Positions 36,514 to 46,289 of a stretch of 64,000 nt of DNA are shown here, piece after piece (position 1 is the first letter of the stretch; every line of letters begins with the position of its first letter). The DNA is from Gemmatimonadota bacterium (GTDB taxonomy: Bacteria; Gemmatimonadota; Gemmatimonadetes; Longimicrobiales; Gaopeijiaceae). The DNA lies in the NCBI GenBank assembly GCA_039589315.1, contig JBDHHQ010000003.1, positions 32,001-96,000 of the forward strand, written 5' to 3'. Below the pieces are notes generated by a model. The model saw only the letters and a program-made list of their open reading frames with translations, searched no databases and was not told where the DNA came from. Made by a program: the position numbers and the translations under genes.

Positions 36514-38573
36514 GCGGCGCCACGCTCCTGGTCCGCCGGGGCCTGGGCGTGGCCGTGCTGGTCCTGTCGCTGCTCCCCGTCTACCGCCTGCTGGACGATC
36601 CCTCCGCCGGGCCGGCCGGCCAGGCCACGGTGCGTCTCGGCGACGCGACGCTCTCGCTGGTGTGGTGGAGTCTCCTGATCGTCGGGGCCGGGGCGCTCGG
36701 CCTCGGACGCCTGATCCCCCGGGCCGACCCCGCCGACCTCCTGCGACGGTTGGACAGCCGGCTGGCCGGGCTCCGCCCCTCCGGCCTCGCCCTGACCGCC
36801 GCGGTGGTCGGCGCCCTCCTCGCCCTCGCGGTGGGCCACTTCGTCTTCCAGGGGTATCCCACGCTTCTGGACGAGATGGCCCAGCTGCTGCACGCACGGT
36901 TCTTCGCGGTGGGGCGGCTGGCCGGCCTCCAGCCGGACCCGGCTGCCTCCTGGATCATCCAGAACACGCTGGTGACCGATGCCGGGTGGGTGTCCCAATA
37001 CCCCCCGTTCCACACGGGACTCCTGTCGTTGGGGCTCGCGTTCGGGGGCCTGGGCCTGACCGGACCGATGGCCACCCTGGTCATGCTGCTCTGCACCGCT
37101 GCCATCGCCCGGCGACTCCTACCAGACCAGTCGTCCATTGTCCGGTGGAGCGCGGTGCTGGCTGCCACCAGCCCCTTCGTCCTCGCGCTCGGGGCGGGAT
37201 ACCTGAGCCACGTGACCGCAGCCGCCCTCACCGCGGCGGGCCTGTGGGCGGGCCTCCGGGCCCGTGACGGGAGCGCCGGATGGGCATTGCTCGCGGGTCT
37301 CCTGGCCGGCGCCTTCGCCGCGACCCGCCCCTGGACGGCCCTCGTGCTGTCCGCGTTCTTCACGGCCGGGATCTGGATACCGCGCTGGAGAGAGGGTACG
37401 GGGGCCCGTTGGCTGACCGTCCGGATGGCCCTGGCTGCCCTCGGTAGCGCGCCCGGGGGGATCCTGCTGGCGGCTTACAACACGCGGGTGTTCGGCGGTC
37501 CCCTCCGGTTCGGCTACGCCGTGGCCCAGGGTCCGAGACACGGACTCGGGTGGCACGACGACCCATGGGGCAACGCCTATGGCCCGCTCGAAGCCCTGGG
37601 GTACACGGCGGCGGACCTCCTGCAGCTCGGCGTCCACCTCTTCGAGACCCCCATTCCCGCCACCGCCGCGGTCGGAGCGTTCCTGCTCCTCACCCCGCGG
37701 CTGGCGAGGGGGGCGACGGTCCTGATCTCCTGGGCGCTCCTCCCGGTGGCGGCCAACGCGTTCTATTGGCACCACGGATACCACCTGGGCCCCCGCATGC
37801 TCTTCGAGGCCGCGCCGGCCTGGATTCTCCTCACGGTCATCTCGGTAGGCGGCCTCATGACGATGCTGCCGGAGGGCTGGCCGGCTCGGTCGGCCCGGTG
37901 GGCGATCGTGCTTTCGGTGGCATGGGCCCTCGCGCTCGGTGTTCCGGGCCGGCTTCAGAACTACCGCTGGAGCCCCGACGCCCTGGCCCGCATGCAGGTG
38001 CCCACGGCGTCCGACACCACCTTGATCTTCGTCCATGGAGGGTGGTCGGGACGCCTGTCCGCTGAGCTGGCGGGCCGCGGGATGCGCCTGGATTCGGTGG
38101 AGACGGCCATCCGGCGCAACGACGCCTGCCGCGTCCAGACGTTTCTGTCGGTCTGGTCCGAGACGGGTACGCGCGAACCGGCAGCCGTCAGAGCGGGGCT
38201 GGACTTCCGCCCGCTTCCGGGCAACGCAGCTGGCCTCGAGATCGTCGAGATCTCTCCCGGTAGCACGGTTCGGGTTGATCGGACAGCGGCGCCATCACCC
38301 GAGTGCCGGCGGCAGGCGGCCGCCGATCGCCTGGGTGTCGTCGAGCTGGCTCCCCTGCTCTGGCAGGGCGATCTCCCCGGCATGGAAGGGGGAGCGCCCC
38401 TCTTCGTCCGGGATCTGGGCCCGGAGCGCAACGCCGAGCTTCTGGCGCGATATGGGGGCCGGAAAGCCATGATCCTGGTCTCCAGCAGCCCGGACCAACC
38501 CCCCGAGCTCGTACCCTACCAGGAGGGCATGGAGCGCATCTGGCCTGCGGTCACGGACGAGGCAGGTCGATGA
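36510..38573 (+). CDS. multi-TM GT-C-fold glycosyltransferase-like protein (ArnT/PMT-like)
   Basis: TTG overlapping the ade stop; PTLLDE acidic motif in first loop, SQYPP, ATRP, YN..VFGGPLRFGY, GPRMLFE; many TM segments. Confidence 0.65.
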   Translation: MSGATLLVRRGLGVAVLVLSLLPVYRLLDDPSAGPAGQATVRLGDATLSLVWWSLLIVGAGALGLGRLIPRADPADLLRRLDSRLAGLRPSGLALTAAVVGALLALAVGHFVFQGYPTLLDEMAQLLHARFFAVGRLAGLQPDPAASWIIQNTLVTDAGWVSQYPPFHTGLLSLGLAFGGLGLTGPMATLVMLLCTAAIARRLLPDQSSIVRWSAVLAATSPFVLALGAGYLSHVTAAALTAAGLWAGLRARDGSAGWALLAGLLAGAFAATRPWTALVLSAFFTAGIWIPRWREGTGARWLTVRMALAALGSAPGGILLAAYNTRVFGGPLRFGYAVAQGPRHGLGWHDDPWGNAYGPLEALGYTAADLLQLGVHLFETPIPATAAVGAFLLLTPRLARGATVLISWALLPVAANAFYWHHGYHLGPRMLFEAAPAWILLTVISVGGLMTMLPEGWPARSARWAIVLSVAWALALGVPGRLQNYRWSPDALARMQVPTASDTTLIFVHGGWSGRLSAELAGRGMRLDSVETAIRRNDACRVQTFLSVWSETGTREPAAVRAGLDFRPLPGNAAGLEIVEISPGSTVRVDRTAAPSPECRRQAAADRLGVVELAPLLWQGDLPGMEGGAPLFVRDLGPERNAELLARYGGRKAMILVSSSPDQPPELVPYQEGMERIWPAVTDEAGR

Positions 38574-39168
38574 TCCGACCGAGGAGCGCGTACCGCGACC
38601 CCCACAGCCGGCCTACGGGCCTGAGGCTGCTGGAGTCCGCGTAGAGGCTGTCCGGCACCAACTCGAGCTCCCCGGAAAGGCGCACGGCCAGCACCTCGCC
38701 GATCACGAGTGCGGCGGCGGCGTCCCCCAGATCCACCTCCTTGAAGAGCCGGCAGGCGAAGACGGCCGGACAGTCCTCCACGTAAGGGGCGTCCACGGCT
38801 TCGGCCGCCGCCATGGTCAGGCCGGCCTCCCGGAACTCGTCCACGCCCGGCGGGTGACTCGCCGCGGTCGCGTTCATGGCTTCCAGGTGGCCTTCCGTCA
38901 CCACGTTGACGCAAAAGGCGCCCGTCGTCCGGATGTTCACCAGGGAGTCCTTCGGGCCGTCCTCGCGCCGCCCTATCGACACACCCACGAGCATGGGGGT
39001 CGCGGAGAGGGCGGAGAAGTAGCTGAAGGGGGCCAGGTTGGGCACGCGATCTCCCCCCCACGAGCCGATCCAGCCGATCGGCCGCGGCACGATCAGCGAC
39101 GTGAGGAGTTGGTAGCGTTGGCGGTGCGTGAGGGCCCCGGTCTCCAGGATTCGAGGGTTGACGCTCAT
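38551..39168 (-). CDS. flavin reductase family protein (DIM6/NTAB-like)
   Basis: IVPRPIGWI, NLAPFSYF, KDSLVNIRTTGAFCVN, VDEF, PVGRLWG. Confidence 0.9.
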   Translation of the reverse strand: MSVNPRILETGALTHRQRYQLLTSLIVPRPIGWIGSWGGDRVPNLAPFSYFSALSATPMLVGVSIGRREDGPKDSLVNIRTTGAFCVNVVTEGHLEAMNATAASHPPGVDEFREAGLTMAAAEAVDAPYVEDCPAVFACRLFKEVDLGDAAAALVIGEVLAVRLSGELELVPDSLYADSSSLRPVGRLWGSRYALLGRIIDLPRP

Positions 39169-39406
39169 GGCCCATCTGGATGGGGTTCGGGGTAAGCCGG
39201 CAGATCGGGCGCGGCGGGGCGGTACGATCGTTACGAGGAGGGGAAGCTACGGGGCGAGGCAGCCCCTGAGAAGAGCCGTCCGGCGACCGTCCGTGGTGGG
39301 GCTATCCGGGGGACTGTCCGTTGTTGGCGCTTCCGGGTGGCCAGACGGCGATGTGGTCCGAGGCAGGACGTGCCGCCGATGAGGCCCCGGGTGGCGCGCG
39401 GTGACG

Positions 39407-40243
39407 CTACCGCGTGCTCGGGACGGTGAGAAGCTGCCCTGCGTAGATCCTGCTGCCCCGGATCTCGTTGGCCGACTGGAGCCGCTCCACGGTGGTGCCG
39501 TGCCGCTCCGCGATGCCCCACAGCGAGTCCCCGGAGCGCACCCGGTACTCGAGCGGGCCGGCCGCGGCGGTCCGTGTGGCCTCGGAGGTTCGCCTGGCCT
39601 CGGCGGTTCCCGTGGCCTCGGCGGTTCGCGTGGCCTCGGCGATGCTCGCCGTCGTCATGCGCTTCACGTAGCCCGCGTACTGGTTGGCAAAGAGAGCCAC
39701 GTGGTAGTGAGGCGGACGCCGCTCCCGGGTCGCCTCCAGAACGCCGCTTCCCTCCAGCGACAGGAGAACGTTCTCGATCCACGACCGGCACGCACGGTTG
39801 TTGCTCCGGCGCAGGTCTACCGCCATGCCCGTCGGATGGACCGACCGGGACGACGCGTTGGACGGCTGACGTGAATGTGGCCGCGTGAGGCTCGTGACGA
39901 CGAGCTGCTCGCCGCACGCGTTCCGGTATTGCCCCGCGAGGCGCCGCACGAAGAGCGCGACTTCGGGGCGGGTGTAGGGGAACGAAACGTCGTGAAGGCG
40001 GAAGTCCCGGTCGCTCCTGAGGCGGACGAGGTATCCGGCGTTGGCGAACCGCTCCACCTGAGAGGAGCTCCGGAGGTAGGTGTAGTCGTGGTCCTGTGCC
40101 ACCCGGTTCTGGCGGTCCAGCGAGCTGGACGAGCCCCTGAGGCTCTGTCCCAAAGCACGCTCGGCGGGCACGCTGAGCGCGAGCCCGACCAAGAGGGCGA
40201 TGGCCGCCCGGCGGCCGTGTCGATACCAGTCAGCCCTGACCAT
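39407..40243 (-). CDS. secreted DUF5715/M15-like zinc peptidase with C-terminal LysM
   Basis: signal peptide; VTSLTR, SVHPTGMAVD (HxxxxxxD), PPHYHV (HxH); YRVRSGDSLWGIAERHGTTVERLQSANEI LysM. Confidence 0.82.
   Translation of the reverse strand: MVRADWYRHGRRAAIALLVGLALSVPAERALGQSLRGSSSSLDRQNRVAQDHDYTYLRSSSQVERFANAGYLVRLRSDRDFRLHDVSFPYTRPEVALFVRRLAGQYRNACGEQLVVTSLTRPHSRQPSNASSRSVHPTGMAVDLRRSNNRACRSWIENVLLSLEGSGVLEATRERRPPHYHVALFANQYAGYVKRMTTASIAEATRTAEATGTAEARRTSEATRTAAAGPLEYRVRSGDSLWGIAERHGTTVERLQSANEIRGSRIYAGQLLTVPSTR
39569..39640 (-). repeat. 4 x 18-bp in-frame tandem repeat in the peptidase-LysM linker
   Basis: encodes AEATRT-AEATGT-AEARRT-SEATRT. Confidence 0.85.
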
Positions 40244-40624
40244 GCAACGCGTCCGGATCTCCTGCTCTTTTCTGCTTCTACCAGCCCCCGGCGCCGGCGC
40301 CTACCTGCCATCTGATCAAGGCGGTCTGCTTTGCGCCACTGCCCCACGGGGGGGTCCGGAAGACAATGTCTAAACAGATGTGTCTCGGAACACAAGGAAA
40401 ACCGTGACCCACACGGTAACGGCCTCCCCGCTGGAGTATCGACCGATCGGGGTCAAGTATTGATGCCCTCCTGCCCGTGTAACTCCAGCCTCCGCCCTCG
40501 AGTTCCGCGACGTGCCGGGGCCTCCTGACGGGCCTCGCGGAGCCCCGGGAGCGCGGACCGGGGCGGACCGGGAGCCTGGCTCGTGGCTGAATGCCGCGGG
40601 GACCGTTCCCCTGCCGGCGGCGCG

Positions 40625-41266
40625 TCAGCGCACCGAGTGGATCCAACCGCCCTTGGCTTCCTCGAACTTGGCAGCCACCGCATCCCAGCTCACGACGTTC
40701 CAGAACGCCGTCAGGTAGTCGGGCCGACGGTTCTGGTAGTTCAGGTAGTAGGCGTGCTCCCACACGTCGACACCGAGGATCGGCGTGTCGCTCCGAGTCA
40801 ACGGCGAATCCTGGTTGGCGGTGGAATAGACCTTCAGCTCGCCGAACGGATCGACCACGAGCCAGCCCCAGCCGGATCCGAAGCGGGCGCCCGCGGCCGC
40901 GTTGAAGGCGTCCTTGAAGCCCTCGAGGGAGCCGAAGGCTCCGTCGATGGAGGCCGCCAGGTCACCGGACGGAGCAGAGGCTCCGCCGGGAGCGATCACC
41001 TCCCAGAAGAGGGAGTGATTGTGATACCCACCGCCGTTGTTGCGCACGGCAGAGCGAATGGCGTCCGGCAAGGCGTGCAGCCCCAGCAGGAGTTGGGACG
41101 CGGAGTACTCGTGGTAGGCCGGATAGCCTTCGAGGGCTCCGTTCAGCTTGTTGGTGTAGCCCGCGTGATGCTTGCCGTGGTGGATCCGCATCGTGCGCTC
41201 GTCGATGTGGGGTTCGAGCGCGTCGTGATCGAATCCCAGCTCGGGGAGTTGGAACGGGTAGGCCAT
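40625..41266 (-). CDS. sodA: superoxide dismutase, probably Mn-type
   Basis: LEPHID, HHGKHH, NNGGGYHNH (Mn-type GG), FGSGWGWL, STANQD, DVWEHAYY; AAGGAGG RBS. Confidence 0.93.
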   Translation of the reverse strand: MAYPFQLPELGFDHDALEPHIDERTMRIHHGKHHAGYTNKLNGALEGYPAYHEYSASQLLLGLHALPDAIRSAVRNNGGGYHNHSLFWEVIAPGGASAPSGDLAASIDGAFGSLEGFKDAFNAAAGARFGSGWGWLVVDPFGELKVYSTANQDSPLTRSDTPILGVDVWEHAYYLNYQNRRPDYLTAFWNVVSWDAVAAKFEEAKGGWIHSVR

Positions 41267-41408
41267 CGAAGTCCTCCTTGGTGCGGGAGCGGGTTGGGTT
41301 CGAATCCGGTTTTCGAGACGGCACCCTCGGGATATCTTCGGGGTGAGGGAGCGAGGGCGGCCGAGCCCCCTCCATGGCCGGAAATGGAATTACGGAGACA
41401 GGACCGCT

Positions 41409-42701
41409 TTGGCAAATCCACGTGGGGAGCCTGGAAGCCGTACCCACCCCTCGGGAGCCCGGAGCCCATCCGAACCCGGCCGGGTGCTTCGCTCCGAGCC
41501 ACCGGCCCGTCGGATTCTCCTGGTCGATTGCGACCAGTTCTACGTCCAGGTCGCCCAACTCGAGGATCCTGACGGGGCAGGCGCCGTGGACCTCCTCATC
41601 GTCGGCGGCTCCGCCACCGGCCGAGGCGTCGTAACCTCTGCGTCCTACGCGACGCGCGCCTATGGCGTTCGGAGTGCCATGCCCACGGCCCAAGCGCTCC
41701 GGCTCTGCCCCCAGGCCACTGTAGTGGGTGTGCCCAGGGAGGCGTGCTCTCGGCGAAGTGGAGAGGTGAAGGCGGTCCTGCGGCTGCTCTCGCCGGTCGT
41801 GCAAGCGGCCTCCATCGACGAGTTCTACCTGGATCTCACGGGGACCGAGCGGCTCTTCCAGGGCGAGCTGTTGGAGGACACGGCCTGGCGCATCCGCGAG
41901 ACGGTGCTGGACGAGACCAGGATCTCCGTCTCGGTCGGTGGGGGCGCGACCCGCCTGGTCGCTAAGCTGGCCACCCGACTCGCCAAGCCCGGCGGCGTGC
42001 AAGTGGTCGGGTTCGGCGAAGAGGACGCGTTCATGCGGCAGTTCTCGCTGGCCGATCTGCCCGGCATCGGGCCCTCCCTCGTGGAAGCGCTCCGGCGCCG
42101 TGGCCTCGTGTCGGTGGAGGACACCCTCCCCGTGGAGGAGGCCTGGTTGCAGCGGTGGTTCGGACCGACGCGCGGGAGCTGGCTCTACCGCAGGGTCCGG
42201 GGCGTCGATGGCTCGCGGGTGGACCCCCACGAGCCCAGGAAGAGCGTGAGCTCCGAGCGTACGTTCGCCCGGGACCTGCCATCGGACGGCACCCTCGAGC
42301 GGGAGCTCATGAAGCTCGCGGTCTCCGTGGGACGGCACCTGCGCAAGGGACACCTCCGGGCCCGCACCGTGACTGTCAAGCTCAGGGACGCGGACTTTCG
42401 TACCAGGACGGCCAGTCAGACGCTCCCCGAGGCGGTGGAGTCGGACGGGGTGATCTTCTCCGTGGCTCGGGACCTGCTGGCCCAGCTGCGGCGCAGGCGG
42501 CGCACCCCGGCTCGGCTGCTCGGCGTGGGGCTGAGCAACCTGACGGACGGGGACGAGCCGGGCCAACTCGGGCTCTTCCGGGACGAAGGGGTCGTGGAGA
42601 CCGCCAGGCAACGGGCCCTGGCACGCACGGTGGACGACCTGAAGGGCAAGTTCGGCGACCGTGCCGTGATTCCGGGGCGCATCGTGAAGGGCGGCTCATG
42701 A
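41409..42701 (+). CDS. dinB: DNA polymerase IV (Y family)
   Basis: ILLVDCDQFY, GRGVVTSASY, GVRSAMP, ASIDEFYLD, AKPGG, LPGIG, KSVSSERTF, RLLGVG; start TTG 41409 or GTG 41484. Confidence 0.92.
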   Translation: MANPRGEPGSRTHPSGARSPSEPGRVLRSEPPARRILLVDCDQFYVQVAQLEDPDGAGAVDLLIVGGSATGRGVVTSASYATRAYGVRSAMPTAQALRLCPQATVVGVPREACSRRSGEVKAVLRLLSPVVQAASIDEFYLDLTGTERLFQGELLEDTAWRIRETVLDETRISVSVGGGATRLVAKLATRLAKPGGVQVVGFGEEDAFMRQFSLADLPGIGPSLVEALRRRGLVSVEDTLPVEEAWLQRWFGPTRGSWLYRRVRGVDGSRVDPHEPRKSVSSERTFARDLPSDGTLERELMKLAVSVGRHLRKGHLRARTVTVKLRDADFRTRTASQTLPEAVESDGVIFSVARDLLAQLRRRRRTPARLLGVGLSNLTDGDEPGQLGLFRDEGVVETARQRALARTVDDLKGKFGDRAVIPGRIVKGGS

Positions 42702-43492
42702 CGGCGACCGACGTTTTCGGGCCCAAGGCGGTGGTGGGTATGGTGCACCTGCTCCCGCTACCCGGCTCGGCCGGGTGGGGCGGGTCCATGGACGGGGTCC
42801 TGAGCCGGGCGACGCTCGACGCCCGCACGCTGGTGGACGGAGGTCTCCACGGAGTGGTGGTCGAGAACTACGGCGACGTCCCCTATTTCCCCGGGCCGGT
42901 CCCCGCCGAAACCGTGGCGTCCATGGCAGCGGTCGTCACGGCACTCCGCGGGGAGCTGGACGTTCCGCTGGGGGTCAACGTGCTCCGGAACGACGGCCCT
43001 GCCGCATTGGCCGTAGCGGCGGCCGCCGGAGCGGCGTTCATCCGCGTGAACGTCCATACCGGCAGCATGTTCACGGATCAGGGTCTCATCCAGGGCAGGG
43101 CTCACGAGACGTTGCGGCTACGGGCGACGCTTCGCGCGTCCGTAGCGGTGTTCGCGGACGTATTCGTGAAGCACGCCGACCCACCAGCGGGGACGCGCCT
43201 GGAGGACGCGGCCCGGGACGCATGTCAGAGAGGGCTGGCCGACGCGCTCATCGTGTCGGGAGACTCCACGGGCCGCCCCACGGACCCGGCGGTCGTGACC
43301 CGCGTCAAGGAGGCCGTCCCGGACGTGCCGGTGTGGGTCGGGAGCGGCGCGACCCCCGAGACGGCCCGACTCCATCTGCGGACGGCAGACGGCCTGATCG
43401 TGGGGAGCGCGTTGCAGCGAGATGGCGTCGCGGGCCGGCCGGTGGATGCGGAGCGAGTGCGGCGCTTCATGGACGCCGTGTCAGCTGGCTGA
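42698..43492 (+). CDS. BtpA/SgcQ family TIM-barrel protein
   Basis: VGMVHLLPLPGS, VENYGDVP, GVNVLRND, ADVFVKHA, ADALIVSG, VGSG; ATGA overlap with dinB. Confidence 0.92.
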   Translation: MTATDVFGPKAVVGMVHLLPLPGSAGWGGSMDGVLSRATLDARTLVDGGLHGVVVENYGDVPYFPGPVPAETVASMAAVVTALRGELDVPLGVNVLRNDGPAALAVAAAAGAAFIRVNVHTGSMFTDQGLIQGRAHETLRLRATLRASVAVFADVFVKHADPPAGTRLEDAARDACQRGLADALIVSGDSTGRPTDPAVVTRVKEAVPDVPVWVGSGATPETARLHLRTADGLIVGSALQRDGVAGRPVDAERVRRFMDAVSAG

Positions 43493-44216
43493 GGAAGGCG
43501 CCGTCCCTCTCTCGAAAGACGATCTCCGTCTCGAAACCGACGTCGTCCGATACCGACGCCAGAGTCTCCGGGTCCACGAACAGCTGCGGGAACGGGGGGC
43601 CCCGTCGCCCTGCGAACTCGAGTTGATAGTGGAGCTCTCCCACGTACCGTCCGTCCGGAAGCACGGCGGCGCCACCGTCCCGGGGGTCCGTGGAGTCGAT
43701 CAGGATCCGTCCTCGGGCCCGCAGGAGGCCCCCGAGGTGGCTCAGGAGGCGGCTCAACCCGCCCAACGTACCCGCGATCATCGAGCCGTTCATCAGCAGG
43801 AGCACGGTGTCGTAGCCATCGTCGTCGCGGAACGTGAAGGCATCGCCTACCCGCGCATCCCTTACGCCGAGGCTCCGCATGGCGGTGACGGCGACGGGCA
43901 GAGGGTCCAGGGCGGTCACCCGGAGCCCGCGACGCTGAAGGGCGAGGGCAACGGCCCCTGCGGTCGCACCCAGATCCAGCACCCGCCCCTGACAACGAGC
44001 GAGAGCCTCCCGCTCCACCGGCCGGAACGCCGACTCGTCGCGGAAGAACAGGCGCACCGCCACCGTCTCGGGCTCGGAGACGTCGGTGTGGACCGCAAAA
44101 GCGGCGGCGTCGTCCCCGTCCAGGAAGGCCTGCATGGCCTCCGCCAGCGGCCGCCATTGCGGTGGGATGGTGCCCATGGGCGAGTCCCACTGGGCGGCAT
44201 CCGAGCTCGAGCGCAT
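43467..44216 (-). CDS. class I SAM-dependent methyltransferase
   Basis: GRVLDLGATAG, VTALD, YDTVLLLMNG, ILIDSTD, FPQLFVD. Confidence 0.85.
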   Translation of the reverse strand: MRSSSDAAQWDSPMGTIPPQWRPLAEAMQAFLDGDDAAAFAVHTDVSEPETVAVRLFFRDESAFRPVEREALARCQGRVLDLGATAGAVALALQRRGLRVTALDPLPVAVTAMRSLGVRDARVGDAFTFRDDDGYDTVLLLMNGSMIAGTLGGLSRLLSHLGGLLRARGRILIDSTDPRDGGAAVLPDGRYVGELHYQLEFAGRRGPPFPQLFVDPETLASVSDDVGFETEIVFRERDGAFLSQLTRRP

Positions 44217-44311
44217 GAACGGGGGTCCGGCGACGGGTCGGGGAGACTACCAGGGTCCGGGCGCCGCGAGGCGCCCGGACCACGGCGGCCGGTAGTCTCC
44301 GACGGAACCGA

Positions 44312-46060
44312 TCAGTGGCTCGACTTGCCCTGCCGCTTCAGGCGCTTGTGCACCTCGGCGTTTTCCAGCCACGGCTTCCGCTCGAAGTAGCTCCGGGTCT
44401 CCTCGACGACCTGTGGAGCCAGCAGGATCAGCGCGATCAGGTTCGGGACGATCACCACGGCCAGGAAGATGTCTCCCAGATTCCAGATCACCGTCAGAGG
44501 CAGGACCGCCCCGACGAAGTGCATGATCACGAAGACGATCTTGTAGGGGAGCACCGCTCGGGCCCCGAACAGGTAGTTGGCGCAACGGTCGCCGTAGTAG
44601 CTCCAGGCGATGGCCGTGGAGATGGCGAACAACAGCACGGAGATCACGACGATCAGATGACCCCAGGAGCCGAAGCCCGACAGCCCCCTGCGGAAGCCCT
44701 CCATGGTCAACGGCGCACCGCTCTCTACGGCCTCGCCCCACAGCGAGGTATACTCCTGGCCGTCGTCGCCTGTCGCGCCTCCCGGTCTGACGACGCCGGA
44801 GAACGGCTGGGTCATCTCCGGGTCGACGAACAGCTCATCCACCACCACGTCGTGCCAACCGACCTGCACGGCGCCGGGGCTCGTATCGACATGGCGGCCG
44901 TCCTGGATGCGAATCTCCGCCGGCGCGTTCGTAGTGGTGTTGTTGTTACCGGTGTTCGATACGGATACCCAGGCGAGGTCGCCTCCCGTGAGCGTGACCT
45001 CCGTCGCGATCCGATCGTTCCACACGCCCGTGGTGAGGATGACGAGACCCGTCATCGTGCAGATCACGATCGTGTCGATGAACGGCTCCAGGAGAGCCAC
45101 CACGCCCTCCGACACTGGCTCGTCCGTCTTGGCCGCCGCGTGGGCGATGGGCGCCGACCCCTGTCCCGCTTCGTTGGAGAAGAGGCCGCGCCGCACCCCC
45201 CACATCATGGTCATCAGGAACGCGCCGACGCCGGTGCCGGCCACGCCGGCCGTGGGGTTGAAGGCTTCGCGGAAGATCAGGCCCAATGTGGGGATGACCG
45301 CTCCGGCGTTGATGAGGATGATCACCAGCGCCCCGAAGACGTAGATGGCCGCCATGGCGGGCGCGAGGATCCCGGTCACCTTTCCGATGCGCGTGATCCC
45401 GCCGAGAATCACCGCCGCCACGATCGCGGAGGTCAGCAGTCCGCTGGCCCAAACCGGAATACCGAAAGTGGTCTGCATCGTGTCCGCGACGGTGTTCGCC
45501 TGGATGGCGTTCCCGGTGAGGAACGCCGTCACGCCCAGGATGCCCGCGAAGAACACGGCCATCCACCTCCAGTTGGGTCCGAGTCCCTTCTCGATGTAGT
45601 ACATGGGGCCCCCGGACACCGTCCCTTCCCACTTGTGGGCGTCGCGGTCCACACCCTCCAGCTGGCGGTACTTCTGGGCCAGCGTCACTTCGGTGTACTT
45701 GGTGGCCATGCCCAGGGCCGCGGTCACCCACATCCAGAACAACGCCCCGGGACCACCCCAGTGGATGGCGATGGCAACGCCGGCGATGTTGCCGATCCCC
45801 ACGGTCGCGGACAGCGCGGTCGTGAGTGCCTGGAAGTGGGAGACGTCACCGGGTTCTTCGGGGTCGTCGTAGATGCCCGCCGTGACGGCGAAGCCGTGCC
45901 CCAGCCGACGGAGCTGAATGAACCCGAGGCGGAGCGTCAGGAAGACCCCCGTGCCCAGGAGCAGCAACACCATGAAGGGCACGGTCTCGTCCCCCACACG
46001 GAAGCCGAGCTCCACGATGTAGCGGTTCCCGAGTTCGGACAGTGTCTGGAATAACTCCAT
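44312..46060 (-). CDS. alanine/glycine:cation symporter (AGCS family)
   Basis: FQALTTALSATVGIGNIAGVA, GGPGALFWMW, GGPMYY, RRGLFSNEAGQGS, FIDTIVICTMT, WSYYG, PNLIAL. Confidence 0.95.
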   Translation of the reverse strand: MELFQTLSELGNRYIVELGFRVGDETVPFMVLLLLGTGVFLTLRLGFIQLRRLGHGFAVTAGIYDDPEEPGDVSHFQALTTALSATVGIGNIAGVAIAIHWGGPGALFWMWVTAALGMATKYTEVTLAQKYRQLEGVDRDAHKWEGTVSGGPMYYIEKGLGPNWRWMAVFFAGILGVTAFLTGNAIQANTVADTMQTTFGIPVWASGLLTSAIVAAVILGGITRIGKVTGILAPAMAAIYVFGALVIILINAGAVIPTLGLIFREAFNPTAGVAGTGVGAFLMTMMWGVRRGLFSNEAGQGSAPIAHAAAKTDEPVSEGVVALLEPFIDTIVICTMTGLVILTTGVWNDRIATEVTLTGGDLAWVSVSNTGNNNTTTNAPAEIRIQDGRHVDTSPGAVQVGWHDVVVDELFVDPEMTQPFSGVVRPGGATGDDGQEYTSLWGEAVESGAPLTMEGFRRGLSGFGSWGHLIVVISVLLFAISTAIAWSYYGDRCANYLFGARAVLPYKIVFVIMHFVGAVLPLTVIWNLGDIFLAVVIVPNLIALILLAPQVVEETRSYFERKPWLENAEVHKRLKRQGKSSH

Positions 46061-46289
46061 TCGGCTCCCCCGTTTCGTGCGGTCTCGTCCCAGGGGGGCG
46101 ACGCAGGGGTCGCCCCGAGCTGCACCGCACCTGACCCGTAAGCAGGCGTCTCGTCGCCCGAATCAAACGCACAACAATGCCCCGAAGCGGCAAGTCGGGC
46201 AAGCAGTTCGCGACGTCGGTTGAAACCGCGTTTCCGCGGTGCCCGTACGGTGGCCTGGACCCCCTAGAACCAACCGGGAGAGCTCAGCC

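Noticed and set aside
39569..39640. Short repeats as a CRISPR-like array
   Set aside because: In-frame 18-bp tandem units without spacers inside a CDS; no cas genes. The 48-bp periodicity at 46600-47160 is likewise protein-level.
40244..40624. c-di-AMP (ydaO) riboswitch upstream of the LysM peptidase
   Set aside because: Expected conserved segments (GCTGAATCC, GGAACC, GTCAGCTAAC) not found on the minus strand.
43467..43492. Convergent 3' overlaps (btpA/methyltransferase; also 38551-38573)
   Set aside because: Short tail-to-tail overlaps are common in compact high-GC genomes.
46061..46289. Glycine riboswitch upstream of the AGCS transporter
   Set aside because: No GGAGA...CCGAAG...CTCTCAGG aptamer signature on the coding strand.
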